Notes: generated by a model from the letters alone, not told the origin. A DNA stretch of 62,205 nt, filler included, from a bacterium (GCA_040757115.1; 5 parts of 5 records of this genome joined end to end with filler, not necessarily neighbours in it), one strand, 5' to 3'. Shown: positions 22,321-35,837, numbered from the whole stretch's first letter. Numbers and translations are program-made.

Positions 22321-23991
22321 ATGACCACAAATAAATCTGATTTTATTCGAGAGATTATTGAAAAAGATTTGGAGATAAATAAATATGGTGGTAAAGTTGT
22401 AACTCGATTTCCACCAGAACCAAACGGTTATCTTCATATTGGACATGCCAAGGCTATTTGTCTTAATTTTGGGCTGGCGGCTCAATATGGAGGTAGGTGT
22501 CACCTGCGGTTTGATGACACTAATCCGGTTAAAGAAGAACAGAAATTCATCGATGCCATCAAAAAGGATATTCAATGGCTTGGTTTCAAATGGGGTAAGG
22601 ATGAGTATTACGCCTCTGATTACTTTGAGAAATTATATGAATATGCGGTGCTGTTAATTAAAAAAGGTAAGGCGTATGTCTGTGATTTAAGTCCTGAGGA
22701 AATCAGGGAATATCGAGGCACATTAACTAAACCAGGAAAGAATAGCCCTTATCGTAACCGTTGTGTTGAAGAAAATCTGGAACTGTTTCAACGGATGCGT
22801 TGTGGTGAATTTAAAGATGGTCATTGCACCCTGCGAGCGAAAATTGATATGTCGTCTGGGAATTTGAACATGCGTGACCCGGTGATGTATCGGATTCTTC
22901 ATGTCCAACATCCCCGCACTTCCCAGAAATGGTGTATCTATCCCACTTATGATTTCGCTCATGGTCAATCAGATTCTATTGAAGGAATTACTCATTCTAT
23001 TTGCACACTGGAATTTGAAGACCATCGACCATTGTATGATTGGTTTCTTGATGAATTAAATATCCATCATTCCCAGCAAATTGAATTTGCTCGTTTAAAT
23101 CTTAGTTATACTGTGATGAGTAAGCGGAAACTACTTGAACTGGTAGAAGGAAAATATGTTACGGGTTGGGATGACCCACGAATGCCAACAATTGCAGGAT
23201 TGCGAAGGCGAGGCTATACAAAAGAAGCAATACTCAATTTCTGTGAACGCATTGGCGTAGCCAAAGGTAATAGCATGGTTGATATATCGCTGTTGGAACA
23301 TTGTATTCGTGAAGATTTGAATAAATGTGCACCTCGTGTTATGGCTGTTTTACAACCACTTCGAGTAGTCATAACTAACTATCCACAAGACAAGGTAGAA
23401 GAATTGGATGCTGAAAATAATCCTGAGGATGCCAGTATGGGTTCTCGTAAAATTCCTTTTTCTCAAGTGCTCTATATTGAAGAAGATGATTTTCGAGAAA
23501 ATCCACCAAAGGAATTTTTTCGATTATCTCCGGGGCGTGAAGTTCGTTTGAAACATGCCTATTATATCAAATGTGTAGATGTGATTAAAGATGTAAGCGG
23601 TAAAATAGTTGAGTTACACGCAGTTTATGACCCAGAAACGCATGGTGGGTGGTCACAAGACAAACGGAAGGTTATGGGCACATTACATTGGGTTTCGGCG
23701 GCTCACAGTATTGACGCTGAAGTGCGACTGTATGACCGTTTATTCCTGAAATCCAATCCAGATGAAACAGAAGATGTTGATTTCAAAACGAATTTAAACC
23801 CAAATTCATTACAAATATTAACTGGCTGTAAAGTTGAACCTACTTTATTTGATGCTCCACCCGAAAATCATTATCAGTTTTTAAGGCAGGGATATTTCTG
23901 CGTTGACGCTGATTCTTCCAATGAAAAAATGATATTCAATCGCACTGTCTCGCTGCGAGATTCCTGGGCTAAAATTGAAAAAAAACTGTAA
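22321..23991 (+). CDS. glnS: Glutamine-tRNA ligase
   Basis: [34 protein letters not shown]. Confidence 0.97.
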   Translation: MTTNKSDFIREIIEKDLEINKYGGKVVTRFPPEPNGYLHIGHAKAICLNFGLAAQYGGRCHLRFDDTNPVKEEQKFIDAIKKDIQWLGFKWGKDEYYASDYFEKLYEYAVLLIKKGKAYVCDLSPEEIREYRGTLTKPGKNSPYRNRCVEENLELFQRMRCGEFKDGHCTLRAKIDMSSGNLNMRDPVMYRILHVQHPRTSQKWCIYPTYDFAHGQSDSIEGITHSICTLEFEDHRPLYDWFLDELNIHHSQQIEFARLNLSYTVMSKRKLLELVEGKYVTGWDDPRMPTIAGLRRRGYTKEAILNFCERIGVAKGNSMVDISLLEHCIREDLNKCAPRVMAVLQPLRVVITNYPQDKVEELDAENNPEDASMGSRKIPFSQVLYIEEDDFRENPPKEFFRLSPGREVRLKHAYYIKCVDVIKDVSGKIVELHAVYDPETHGGWSQDKRKVMGTLHWVSAAHSIDAEVRLYDRLFLKSNPDETEDVDFKTNLNPNSLQILTGCKVEPTLFDAPPENHYQFLRQGYFCVDADSSNEKMIFNRTVSLRDSWAKIEKKL

Positions 23992-24264
23992 CCCTTCAGA
24001 TGGTAATTTACCGCAGAGACGCAGAGGAACAGAGAAGACATAGAAATAAATCAGATAACAGAAAAGATTATTGGTGCAGACATGGAAACACATAGGGCAT
24101 GGTGACCAGATTTGTTAATCAATCCCTGATTTTCATCAGGGCAAGTTTAATGTTGGTGTACTCAAGAGCTTGCCTTGAGGAAAAAGAGGGATGGATTTAA
24201 GCGTATCGTCCATAGATTTTAATTTTTTCCTCTGCGTCTCTGTGTCTCTGCGGTGAACGGTTAC
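23988..24264 (+). mobile_element. IS66-type MITE whose two ends supply the stop codons of both convergent neighbours
   Basis: GTAACCCTTCAG...TGAACGGTTAC overlapping TAA 23989-23991 and TTA 24261-24263. Confidence 0.85.
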
Positions 24265-25364
24265 CATAACTTCTTATAAAGTCCGATTAATCTTTCTTTC
24301 TCTAATTCCCAGTTATACCTTTCTTCAACTGCCTTTCTGCCACTTTTACCCATTTGTTTTGCCTCATCTGGATGCTCCATAAGGTATTCAATAGCCTGAG
24401 CGATCTCTCTGGGATTTAATGGGTTCACACAAATACCACAATGATTACCCTCAATTATTTCCTTCCATAAAGGGAAATCAGAGGCAATAACAGGAAGCCC
24501 ACAAGACAGGTATTCAAAGAGTTTATTAGGCAGAGCATTTATATGATTTGGCTCTGGCAAAAAGCACACAATGCCAACCTCGGCTTGAGCCATTTTTGCG
24601 GGAATATCCTGTGGTCTAACCCAGCCCTGATATTCTACCTTTTCAAAGCCTTTCAGACTTCTGACCTGCTCTTCATAGTTAGCAGGATAAAATTTACCAC
24701 AGAGAATAAGTTTTACCTCTTTCTGGATATACTCTAATGACTGAATGACCTGCGAAATTCCACGAATTTCTACCAGACCACCGACATAAATAAGGTTAAA
24801 AATGGTGCTATTATCGGTTTTATTCAATAGCGAAAAATTAGATAATACTGGAAAATTTCGCACTGCTACAATCCTTTTATGGTAAGAGAAATTATTAGAT
24901 ATATCATCTGTTGCTGTGACAATAGCATCAAAAGTCCTTGAGATAACCTTCTCTACTTTGTTAACCAGCCAGGCAATAGAGTATCTTGTCCATTCAGGGA
25001 GGTATGGTTTGGAAAGTATTTGTTTTGCATAATCTTCATGGACATCGTAAATAATTTTAGCCTTAGTCATCAATTTCAACAGTAGCCCAACAAACAACAA
25101 TTCCGGGTCATGGAAGTGATAAACATTGGCTTTTTGTTTCAGTGCTTTAATCAAACACCTGAAGGTAAGCAAGCCCATCCTTTCCAGTCTGTTTTTTGGT
25201 TTTGGTAAGGGGATAATTTTTATCCCGTCAACAGTTTCTTCTCTATCGCTTTGAGCAATGAGGATGACACCATATCCCACCTTCGCCAGACTTTTTGCCT
25301 CTTTATGAAATATCCGGACATCAAAAGGTTGATGGACACTTGAAAGTAGACAGACTTTCATCAT
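24261..25364 (-). CDS. Glycosyltransferase family 4
   Basis: DVRIFHKE, YHFHDPEL, YDVHED, PNKLFEY; start set at MMKVC after GGAGG. Confidence 0.9.
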   Translation of the reverse strand: MMKVCLLSSVHQPFDVRIFHKEAKSLAKVGYGVILIAQSDREETVDGIKIIPLPKPKNRLERMGLLTFRCLIKALKQKANVYHFHDPELLFVGLLLKLMTKAKIIYDVHEDYAKQILSKPYLPEWTRYSIAWLVNKVEKVISRTFDAIVTATDDISNNFSYHKRIVAVRNFPVLSNFSLLNKTDNSTIFNLIYVGGLVEIRGISQVIQSLEYIQKEVKLILCGKFYPANYEEQVRSLKGFEKVEYQGWVRPQDIPAKMAQAEVGIVCFLPEPNHINALPNKLFEYLSCGLPVIASDFPLWKEIIEGNHCGICVNPLNPREIAQAIEYLMEHPDEAKQMGKSGRKAVEERYNWELEKERLIGLYKKLW

Positions 25365-25373
25365 TCCTCCAAT

Positions 25374-25641
25374 GTAACTATTCACCACGAAGAGCACGAA
25401 GGGCAAAGAGATGTTACAGAACAAATCTCTTTATGCCTTTATACTCAACAGACAAAGGAGACTGTAGTTTGAATGATATCCCTAAAAGATCCATCTCTCT
25501 GGACACGCATTGTTCGTAAGTGGATTCAAGCAAACCTGGCCCAAGAGTTCGATGCACCGCTATAGCGCATCCAATGACTCTATTCGATAATTCATCAAAT
25601 TTCACTTCGTGCTCTCCGTGCCCTTCGTGGTGAATAGTTAC
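25374..25641 (-). mobile_element. IS66-type MITE carrying a truncated GxxExxY gene
   Basis: 19-bp inverted ends GTAACTATTCACCACGAAG; encodes MKFDELSNRVIGCAIAVHRTLGPGLLESTYEQC..YKG from GTG at 25605. Confidence 0.85.
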
Positions 25642-25707
25642 CATATTTGTAGTTAATTGAGTGGTTAATTTTTTTATACCCTCCTGTTCTTTTTTATTAA
25701 GATATTT

Positions 25708-25949
25708 GTAACCGTTCAGGGATATAGCCACAGAGTCACAGAGAATACAGAGGAAATATATAACTACGAATGAACACGAATAATAAAAAGATTTGTAGTG
25801 CGAGGCTTTAGCCTCGCTTCTGGCAAGCAGGAAAGCGAACCTAAAGGTTCGCACTACATTTATCGAATGTCACAGGTTAATCCGTGTCCTTATGTGGCTA
25901 ATTTCTCTAATTCTCTGTGAACTCTGTGCCTCTGTGGCTGAACGGTTAC
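25708..25949. mobile_element. IS66-type MITE containing a GTAG-REP doublet (25795-25857)
   Basis: GTAACCGTTCAG...CTGAACGGTTAC; inverted partial copy at 58804-58960. Confidence 0.82.
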
Positions 25950-26076
25950 TGGAAAGTGTATTTTCTTTCATCCCAAATCTCTAATCCCGACTCCCTGCTC
26001 CTGTGCATTTTCATTTTCCTATGTGCCAATTTGTCGGAATTTATAATCTCCACATCTCCACTATCCCCTTATCTCC

Positions 26077-26559
26077 TTATCTATCATCTTTACCGATAAT
26101 CGAATTGACGAAGAGTTCAAAATCCATCTCAAATATCTTCTTAAGTGTCATAGCCTTCTCAGTCACCCTAATAATTCGTTCTGCCTCAAGTTCATATCCA
26201 TAAGCATGCCGAAACAGGTGTCTGAACCCTCTAAGTTCATCCAGTAGATTAAAAGATTCATCGGATAAAAGATTAGGTCTGATACCATTGATTCTAATCT
26301 TCATTCGTCGCAGAAGGTCAATATGGTATCTTGTGGCGCCCTCAATCTGGTTTTCAAAGAATTCGGCAATCAACTTGAACATATCTTCGTAAGCAGAATA
26401 TAGATTATGAAGTTTATAGGCTAAACTATTGGTTAAATCCTCATTATTGATATTTTTTCTTAACTCATTAACCTTACTATCAAGCGAAGAATATATTTTT
26501 AGGACTTCCTTCTTTTGAGATTCTAAATCAGCAAGAAAGATATTTATCCTCTCTTCCAT
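26077..26559 (-). CDS. HEPN (HepT-like) RNase toxin
   Basis: LHNLY..ED, YHIDLL, FRHLFRHAY motif; overlaps upstream MNT gene. Confidence 0.85.
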   Translation of the reverse strand: MEERINIFLADLESQKKEVLKIYSSLDSKVNELRKNINNEDLTNSLAYKLHNLYSAYEDMFKLIAEFFENQIEGATRYHIDLLRRMKIRINGIRPNLLSDESFNLLDELRGFRHLFRHAYGYELEAERIIRVTEKAMTLKKIFEMDFELFVNSIIGKDDR

Positions 26560-26960
26560 TTTATGCCACCTCCCATAATAATCCTTTCTGCAAAATGTAT
26601 CTCCTCAAGAGGAACAACATTGACATCCCTTTCAAGATTCCTACTCAAGAAACTTGTGGCTAAAGTCAATTTATCTTTATCGAATCCTTTTAAGGCAATA
26701 TCTATATCAGAAAATTCTCCAAAGCGGTAAGGTTTTGTCAAGGAGCCAAAGATATATGCTTCTTCAAAAGAGACTATTCCTGAAAGCTCCTCAACAACTC
26801 TAAAAGTTTTCTCCAAGAGTTCTTTCCTTAAAAACTCCGTCTTCTCTGCTTTTTCTCTATAAGTCCTTTCGATAATCTCTAATTTCATTCCATTTAAAAC
26901 CTCAATTACTGCCTTTTCTTCATCTTCATTAAAGTATGGTTTTGTTATTGGAATATTCAT
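26544..26960 (-). CDS. Minimal nucleotidyltransferase antitoxin, fused to a 22-aa aminotransferase N-terminal relic (native start probably 26888)
   Basis: YIFGS..F..SDIDIA; leading MNIPITKPYFNEDEEKAVIEVL resembles DegT/DnrJ starts. Confidence 0.82.
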   Translation of the reverse strand: MNIPITKPYFNEDEEKAVIEVLNGMKLEIIERTYREKAEKTEFLRKELLEKTFRVVEELSGIVSFEEAYIFGSLTKPYRFGEFSDIDIALKGFDKDKLTLATSFLSRNLERDVNVVPLEEIHFAERIIMGGGIKWKRG

Positions 26961-26989
26961 TAATTATTTCCTTTCATTAGTCTCTGCTT

Positions 26990-27418
26990 TTATTTCTTTT
27001 CTTTAAAAAAGTTCTCTATTTCTCTTATAAATTGTGACCAAATCTCTGTAATATTATTAGCCAGGTATTCTAACTGATTTTCATTAAGCATGAATCCATA
27101 TCCATGAGCGAAAAAATGTCTAAAGGTCAGATATTCATAAAGTTTATCCGACAGATTCTCTGATATAATCCCGTTCGATACTGAAGAATTTAATAAATCT
27201 TTATGCCACATCTCAGATTTAGGGATATTAACATCTTTTGTCTTTAGAACTTGTTTTAGGATATTTTCTACCCCATTATAAATATTATGCAGAAATGTAC
27301 CCATCGCCGCTAATTCAATAACCGTTTTCTCTTTTCTTCCCATAGCCTCTTTAAGATTAATTAATGCTATTTTAATATTCTCTTTCTCTGCAACAACTTC
27401 CTTTGGTAGACTATCCAT
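26990..27418 (-). CDS. HEPN (HepT-like) RNase toxin
   Basis: LHNIYNGVENI, WHKDLL, FRHFFAHGY. Confidence 0.85.
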   Translation of the reverse strand: MDSLPKEVVAEKENIKIALINLKEAMGRKEKTVIELAAMGTFLHNIYNGVENILKQVLKTKDVNIPKSEMWHKDLLNSSVSNGIISENLSDKLYEYLTFRHFFAHGYGFMLNENQLEYLANNITEIWSQFIREIENFFKEKK

Positions 27419-27689
27419 AAACTCTTACCCCCATTTCTTCTACAAGGTTATTAAATAACGATTTTTGGGAGAGATCTACAAGGTCAACAGGTTTTGATAA
27501 GTATTTAAATAATTCCGCATAAAATTTGAAGAATAATCGAGGTTCAATACCTTTTACCCCGATATCTATATCGTTAGATTCATAGTCTTTTTTTATTGAT
27601 GAGCCAAATAAAATAATAGATGAAACATTATATTTTTTAGCACATTGTAAGATTATTTCTTTATCTTTTTCTGTTATCATTTTCATCAC
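27411..27689 (-). CDS. Minimal nucleotidyltransferase (MntA-like) antitoxin
   Basis: ILFGSS..SNDIDIGV..VDLVDL. Confidence 0.88.
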   Translation of the reverse strand: MMKMITEKDKEIILQCAKKYNVSSIILFGSSIKKDYESNDIDIGVKGIEPRLFFKFYAELFKYLSKPVDLVDLSQKSLFNNLVEEMGVRVYG

Positions 27690-27771
27690 CTTTTTTGATA
27701 GATTTCGGAGGATTCATTATTTCTCCAACAAGATAATCTATCTTCTCAAAAATCAAAGCAGTATTCACCTT

Positions 27772-27945
27772 TTAATAACCGCTCTTTTTATGTTTTTGTC
27801 TCCATTCAATCAATCTCTTCAACCCTTCCTTCAAAGGTGTCGTAGCTTTAAATTCTAATTCCTCTTTAACTAACTCATCAACCACATGTGAACCAATTAA
27901 TCCTGCCCCTCCAATGACCAAAATTTTATTTCCTGAAATATCCAT
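27772..27945 (-). pseudogene. NAD-dependent epimerase/dehydratase reduced to fused N- and C-termini (57 aa)
   Basis: MDISGNKILVIGGAGLIGSHVVDELVKE joined in frame to ELEFKATTPLKEGLKRLIEW; AAGGAG RBS. Confidence 0.8.
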
Positions 27946-28064
27946 TTACACACTCCTTGTCTTCTAATCTTTGAATACATAAGTAATTATAGACCAAAAT
28001 GAACACTTTGTCAATACTTATTTATATATGGTCTTCGGTCTATAGTCTATGGTCTTTTTATCCT

Positions 28065-28154
28065 CTACTTCACGGTTATCATTCCTTTTATCTTCTCAAA
28101 GATCTTTACTCCAATTCTTCTTACCTTAGTTATTTCTTCGATTAATTGAAAATC
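28065..28154 (-). pseudogene. ComEA-like helix-hairpin-helix C-terminal relic
   Basis: DFQLIEEITKVRRIGVKIFEKIKGMITVK-stop, starting exactly at a GTAACTATTTAG end (28155-28166). Confidence 0.6.
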
Positions 28155-28166
28155 GTAACTATTTAG

Positions 28167-29297
28167 TCATTTGCAACGCGCTTGCCTCTTTATATAAGAT
28201 ATTAACCTCAAAAGTTGTGAAAGTCTGTAATTAGATGGATAATCCTTAAATGTTTTTTTAGGCATGGTCAGGAATGTTTCAAATTCATCTACGGTTATGC
28301 CCAGTTTTTTAGAAACAAATATTTTTGCTTCTTCTATTGCTTTTTCATCATAAAGAGGCCGCTGTAATTCTTTTAATGCTTCGTCTCTGGTCATCTGTCC
28401 CGCTAATATAAGACTCGATAAATGGGCTTTTCTTTTATCATATCCAAATCTTACTGGTAAAAAGTATGTTTGAAAAAAATTGGTAAACCTTGATTCTCCA
28501 TGTTTACAGCCATAATATCTCCAGCCAAATTCCTTTTCTAAGAATTGTATTGCATCAGATTTTACATAAGGGATGTAATTAAGCGGTGTAACAACTACCA
28601 TACCTTTTATATATGGGTAATAGAAATAATATTGAAAGAAATTAACCGTTGGAAAGGTTTTAAGTTTAACCTTGCCAAAACATTTATGAACTGCCTTTAG
28701 ATGTTTTAAGTCCATGGCATTATATCCCCATGAAGCGGGCAAAATAGATTCACTAGCAAGGTTACCTCCCGTGAGAACATATTTAATATTGTATTGAGTG
28801 GCGTATTTATATAACATGGCAAAAAATGCGTGGTCTTGTGGGACATCCTGATTTGCCAGGCCAGATTTAAAAAAAGCCAGTTGCAAATCTCTCATTTCTT
28901 CCCAATCAACCACATAGGTGAACAAGTCTATATCAAGTTTTTTGACAAGATTTTCAATATTTTTTACTGCCAGTTCAGAATTCCAGCCTCCATCCACATG
29001 GAAAACAAGCGGTCTTAAACCAAGTATTTTTTTGGCAAAATAGGTAAGATATGAACTATCTACCCCACCACTTATCCCAATTATACAATCGTATTCTTTG
29101 TTTTTGCCATAATCTTTTATCTTTTTAACAATCTCCTGAAGTTTTTGATAACCTGATTCATCGCGATGCCAATCAGGTTTTATTTTTTCATCAAAGAAAT
29201 GGCAAAAACTACACACACCATTTTCATCAAAAGTAATCTCCCGGGCTGTAGTATCCATCACACAGCGTGAACATATTTGATAGTTTCCTTGTTCCAT
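28167..29297 (-). CDS. N-acetyl sugar amidotransferase (WbpG/WbuX-like)
   Basis: CSRCVMDT, YDCIIGISGGVDSS, HVDGGWNSE, KHGESRFT. Confidence 0.88.
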   Translation of the reverse strand: MEQGNYQICSRCVMDTTAREITFDENGVCSFCHFFDEKIKPDWHRDESGYQKLQEIVKKIKDYGKNKEYDCIIGISGGVDSSYLTYFAKKILGLRPLVFHVDGGWNSELAVKNIENLVKKLDIDLFTYVVDWEEMRDLQLAFFKSGLANQDVPQDHAFFAMLYKYATQYNIKYVLTGGNLASESILPASWGYNAMDLKHLKAVHKCFGKVKLKTFPTVNFFQYYFYYPYIKGMVVVTPLNYIPYVKSDAIQFLEKEFGWRYYGCKHGESRFTNFFQTYFLPVRFGYDKRKAHLSSLILAGQMTRDEALKELQRPLYDEKAIEEAKIFVSKKLGITVDEFETFLTMPKKTFKDYPSNYRLSQLLRLISYIKRQARCK

Positions 29298-29328
29298 TTA
29301 TGTTTCCTCTCTGAGATTGGACAGAACA

Positions 29329-30093
29329 CTATACCAATCTTTTTTCCAATTCTTGATATTCAGGATAGGTAATAAGCACCGCCCGATGCTTGCCGTGAAA
29401 AACAAACATACTTCCCGCGGCAACTGCTGATGCATTTCCTTTTTTCACCGCATCAACAAAATCATCAATCTTCCCTGCTCCTCCCATAGCTATTACCGGA
29501 ATAGATAAAACATTTGTAATTTTTCTTATCAAATCAATATCATATCCTCCCTGTGTGCCATCGCGGTCAACGGAGTTAAGTAAAATCTCACCTGCCCCCA
29601 TCTCCTGAGTTGTGATAGCAAATTCAATCGGGTCAATGTCTGTTATCTTATTTCTGGTATGGTCATAGACCTTATATTTTCCCAAAAAGTTCTTTTTTAC
29701 ATCTATCGTTACGACTATGCTCTGACTGCCAAATATTTCGGATGCCTGTTTTATAAAGTCTATATTTTTCAGGGCAAAAGAGTTTATAGAAATTTTTTCA
29801 ACTCCAATGGAAAATATCTTTTGTATATCTTCAAGGCGACTAATTCCACCGCCATAGCACAAAGGCATAAAACACTCACCGACAATATTCTGGAGTATTT
29901 CAAAATTTGGGCTTCTGCCAACCTTTGAGGCAATAATATCTAAAAATATTAATTCATCTACCTCTTTTTCATTAAATATTCTTATCGCATTTATGGGGTC
30001 ACCGACATATTTTGGTTCTTTAAATCTAATCGTTTTTACCAGCCCTTGATTTTGTAAAAGCAGGCACGGAATAACTCTGTTTTTTAGCATCAT
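29329..30093 (-). CDS. HisF-like cyclase subunit of glycan amidation module
   Basis: [33 protein letters not shown]; glycan operon context. Confidence 0.88.
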   Translation of the reverse strand: MMLKNRVIPCLLLQNQGLVKTIRFKEPKYVGDPINAIRIFNEKEVDELIFLDIIASKVGRSPNFEILQNIVGECFMPLCYGGGISRLEDIQKIFSIGVEKISINSFALKNIDFIKQASEIFGSQSIVVTIDVKKNFLGKYKVYDHTRNKITDIDPIEFAITTQEMGAGEILLNSVDRDGTQGGYDIDLIRKITNVLSIPVIAMGGAGKIDDFVDAVKKGNASAVAAGSMFVFHGKHRAVLITYPEYQELEKRLV

Positions 30094-30701
30094 AACTCCA
30101 CAAAGTTTCGTAATAATGTCATGCCAAATTTATGGCTTTTTTCAGGATGGAATTGAACACCGATGATATTGTCCTTTTGAACGGCTGAAACAAAATTATA
30201 ACCGTAACAAGTTTCTGCCAGAATATCTAATCTATTATGACATACCACATAATAAGAGTGGACAAAATAAAATCGTGATTGCTCAAGACTGTTGAACATA
30301 CAGTTTTCTTTGACTAATTCCACCGTATTCCAGCCCATATGCGGTATTTTCAGGTTGCAGGAAGTGTCAAACTTGAATCTTACTACCTCTGCATCCAGCC
30401 AGCCAAGTCCTGATAAAGTTCCTTCCTCACTTCGTTTGGCCAACAATTGCATCCCAAGACAGATACCCAGTATCGGGATTTTTTTATTAAAAATTATTTC
30501 GTTTAGAATCGGTATTAATCCTGACTTATTGAGATTTGTCATCCCATTGTCAAAAGCACCAACCCCTGGAAGAATAAGCTTATCTGCCTTTTCAATATCT
30601 GGCATCTTTGAGGAACTAATAGCGTTAGCCCCTATTTTTTTGAGCATATTCAGGATAGAACCTGAATTCCCCATACTGTAATCAAGTATTACTATCATCA
30701 T
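30090..30701 (-). CDS. HisH-like glutamine amidotransferase subunit
   Basis: LPGVGAF, GICLGMQ, PHMGWN, QFHPEKS. Confidence 0.9.
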   Translation of the reverse strand: MMIVILDYSMGNSGSILNMLKKIGANAISSSKMPDIEKADKLILPGVGAFDNGMTNLNKSGLIPILNEIIFNKKIPILGICLGMQLLAKRSEEGTLSGLGWLDAEVVRFKFDTSCNLKIPHMGWNTVELVKENCMFNSLEQSRFYFVHSYYVVCHNRLDILAETCYGYNFVSAVQKDNIIGVQFHPEKSHKFGMTLLRNFVEL

Positions 30702-30842
30702 AGTTCAACCTCAACGGATAGAAATTTACTTTGTAAGTCCTGAAGGATACTCTGATTTTTGGTTACCTGAGTATCTGCATTTTCTCTATTACTCATTCTG
30801 GGAATATGTTACCAAAATTTTTATGCCGTGTCAAGTAAAAGT

Positions 30843-31000
30843 TACCACGAATTAAACGAATTTTACGAATGAATACTAATTATTAGAATTAATGTAACCG
30901 TTCAGGTAGTCTGGTGTCTAGGTGTCTATGTGTCTGGGTTACATAGACTACCAGACACTTAGACACATTTTTATTCGTCCAATTCGTGAAATTCGTGGTA
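30843..31000. repeat. Nested inverted-repeat element: CACGAATT arms around a GTAACCGTTCA-ended GTGTCTA unit
   Basis: taccacgaatt...aattcgtggta; inner 30894-30966 is an inverted copy of 9751-9823. Confidence 0.75.
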
Positions 31001-31051
31001 TATTTTATACTATCCTATATGATCGTAAAAGTTTGACACAGCATTTTATTC

Positions 31052-31080
31052 TTGACAACCAACATTGTATATGATAAAAT
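31052..31080 (+). promoter_or_regulatory. Sigma70 promoter of the pse cluster
   Basis: TTGACA-17-TAAAAT. Confidence 0.7.
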
Positions 31081-31088
31081 TTATTTAG

Positions 31089-33264
<2,176 letters not shown>

Positions 33265-33268
<4 letters not shown>

Positions 33269-34650
33269 AAACCCTTATTATTTATCCTTGTTTAAGACCA
33301 GAACGTCCCCATCGTAATTTCCCGATAGGTCTGGCGTATATTGCTAGTGCGATAGAAAGAGCAGGGTATAAATTTGATATTTTAGATATAGAGGCTCATA
33401 GATATACGGCTTCTGGACTTGAAGATATATTAAAAAAGAAAGAATTTGATGTAGTAGCATTTGGCACTCTTGTTACTGGTTACAAGATTGCAAAATTTTT
33501 AAGTAGATTAATTCGAGATATTAACAAAGATGCTGTCATTATTGCGGGTAATTCTGTTGCCTCTTCAATCCCGGAGGTATTATTATCTAAAACAGAGGTT
33601 GATATTGCTGTAATGGGTGAAGGAGATATTACAATTGTTGAACTTTTGGATGCAATAGAGAGAAATCGTCCATTAGAAGAGGTAAAAGGGATATATTTTA
33701 AAAGAAATGGTAAGATAATTTCTACCCCTAAACGCCAGGTAATTCCTGAGATAAACAGAATTCCCATACCTAATTGGGATATTTTTGATATGCAGGTCTA
33801 TGTAAATGAGGCTATCCATGATATTGCTGAACCTTATCCAATACCTAAAGAATCAATTCGTGCCTTTGTAATGAATACCGCCAGAGGATGTCCTTTCCAT
33901 TGCACATTTTGCTATCATGTTTTTCGTAAAGATAAATATAGATATAGAACCCCGGAATCAATATTGTCAGAGATAGTTCTGTTACAAAAAAAATATGGTA
34001 TAAATTACATTAATTTCTATGATGAATTGACATTCTTTTCCAAAAAGCAGGCAAATGAGTTTGTAGATAAGTTATTAGAAAGTGGACTAAAGTTTTTCTG
34101 GAATGCTGATGTTAGGGCAAATCTATTTACAGAAGATGACATAGAAATCTTAAAAAAATTTAAAAAGGCAGGTTGTATTGGATTGGGTTATTCTTTAGAG
34201 TCAGGTTACCCTGATATTTTGAAATCTATGAATAAAAAATTAGTCGTGGAAGATTTTATCCGTCAGAAAAAGGCATTAGATTTAGTGAACATAAAAACAT
34301 TTACCAGCATTGTTCTTGGTTATCCTCAAGAAACCCCTGAGACATTAAAACAGACCTTTGATATTTGTTATGAACTGGATGTCTATCCGAGTGTGGGTTA
34401 TCTTTTACCTCAACCCGGAACACCGATGTATGAATTAGCCAAAAAAAATGGGCTGATAGAAGATGAAGAGGAATATCTCTTAGGATTGGGAGATAGGCAG
34501 GATTTGAGAATTAATTTAACAAATATGCCAGATGATGTATTTCAATCAGAGGTAAAAAAGCATCTTAAAAGAATAGCGGATAAATTAAGTCTGAACCTTT
34601 CTGAAGAAAGGCTTATAAAAACAGGAAAAACAGTGATGTCAAAAAAATAA
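33265..34650 (+). CDS. Cobalamin-binding radical SAM protein
   Basis: PIGLAYIAS N-terminal B12-binding domain; RGCPFHCTFC. Confidence 0.88.
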
Positions 34651-34723
34651 TGTCAATCAAAGGTTACCAAAAGAACTGTTTTTTTACTATAATATATAAA
34701 AACTTAAATTTGAAGGTAAAATA

Positions 34724-35830
34724 ATGAAGTATTGTAAAAAATGTTTAATGCCAGATACAAGACCCGGCTCTATCTTTGATGGAGAAATGGTATGTCAAGC
34801 GTGCCGTAATTATGAAAAACGCAACACAATTAATTGGAAAGAAAGAAAAGAAGAATTAAGCAGACTCTGTGATAAATATAGAAGAGAAGATGGATATTAT
34901 GATTGTATTATTCCGGTCAGTGGTGGCAAGGATTCTCATTTCTTAACTCACACATTAGTAAAAGAGATGAATATGCATCCATTATTAGTAACGGTAACAG
35001 ATAGCTTTACCCATACAAAAGCAGGGGCACATAACCTAAGAAATCTTATAGAAACCTTTAAGCTAAACCATTATCAATACACAATTAACCACGATTTATT
35101 CAGAAGAGCAACAAGAATAGCCTTTGAAGAAACAGGAGAGGCACTTAAATTTGTAGAATATGCTATTTATACCATCCCAACTTTATTAGCTCAAAAGTTT
35201 GATATACCTTTTGTGACATTTGGAGAGAATTCTGCCTATGAATATGGAACTACGGCCAAAGAGTCTTACTTAGCCACACCAGTTGTTCAAGCAATGTCCG
35301 ACCAATTAGAAAAAGATAAACAATGGTGGATTGAAAAAGGGCTAACAAAGGAAGAGGTAAGTTCAATTCAATTAGACAAAACCAAATCCCTGCCGGAAGT
35401 AATTTATCTGAGTTATTTTGTCCCCTGGAGTAGTGTAACTAATTTAAATGTTGCAAAACGGTATGGATTTAAAGACCTATCTCATGAATGGAAAAGAGAA
35501 GGATGTATTGAAGATTTTGAACAGATAGATTCGGTAGCTTATATGGTCCATCTCTGGTTAAAATATCCCAAGTTTGGATTTCAGAGAACCTCTGATATTG
35601 CCAGTCGGCGTGTTCGAGAAGGAAGTATTAGCCTATCCCAGGCTAAAAAACTCATTATGGAATATGACCATAAGTTAGACCAGAAAGCAATGGAAGATTT
35701 TATAAATTTCACAGGATATACACCAAAGCAATTTTGGGATATAGTAGAAAAATTCTGGAATCCTGAGATATTTGAAAAGGTCGATGGTGGATGGCGGATG
35801 AAATGTCCGGTATATAAAGATTTAATTTGA
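34724..35830 (+). CDS. N-acetyl sugar amidotransferase (PseA-like)
   Basis: CKKCLMPDTRP, YDCIIPVSGGKDS, KYPKFGF. Confidence 0.85.
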   Translation: MKYCKKCLMPDTRPGSIFDGEMVCQACRNYEKRNTINWKERKEELSRLCDKYRREDGYYDCIIPVSGGKDSHFLTHTLVKEMNMHPLLVTVTDSFTHTKAGAHNLRNLIETFKLNHYQYTINHDLFRRATRIAFEETGEALKFVEYAIYTIPTLLAQKFDIPFVTFGENSAYEYGTTAKESYLATPVVQAMSDQLEKDKQWWIEKGLTKEEVSSIQLDKTKSLPEVIYLSYFVPWSSVTNLNVAKRYGFKDLSHEWKREGCIEDFEQIDSVAYMVHLWLKYPKFGFQRTSDIASRRVREGSISLSQAKKLIMEYDHKLDQKAMEDFINFTGYTPKQFWDIVEKFWNPEIFEKVDGGWRMKCPVYKDLI

Positions 35831-35837
35831 GGATAAA

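Noticed and set aside
25414-25854. 146-aa ORF as a real gene
   Set aside because: Chimera of MITE sequence, a short unrelated fragment and the truncated GxxExxY gene.
29329-30701. Histidine biosynthesis hisH/hisF
   Set aside because: Linked to an N-acetyl sugar amidotransferase with no other his genes; glycan-modification paralogs.
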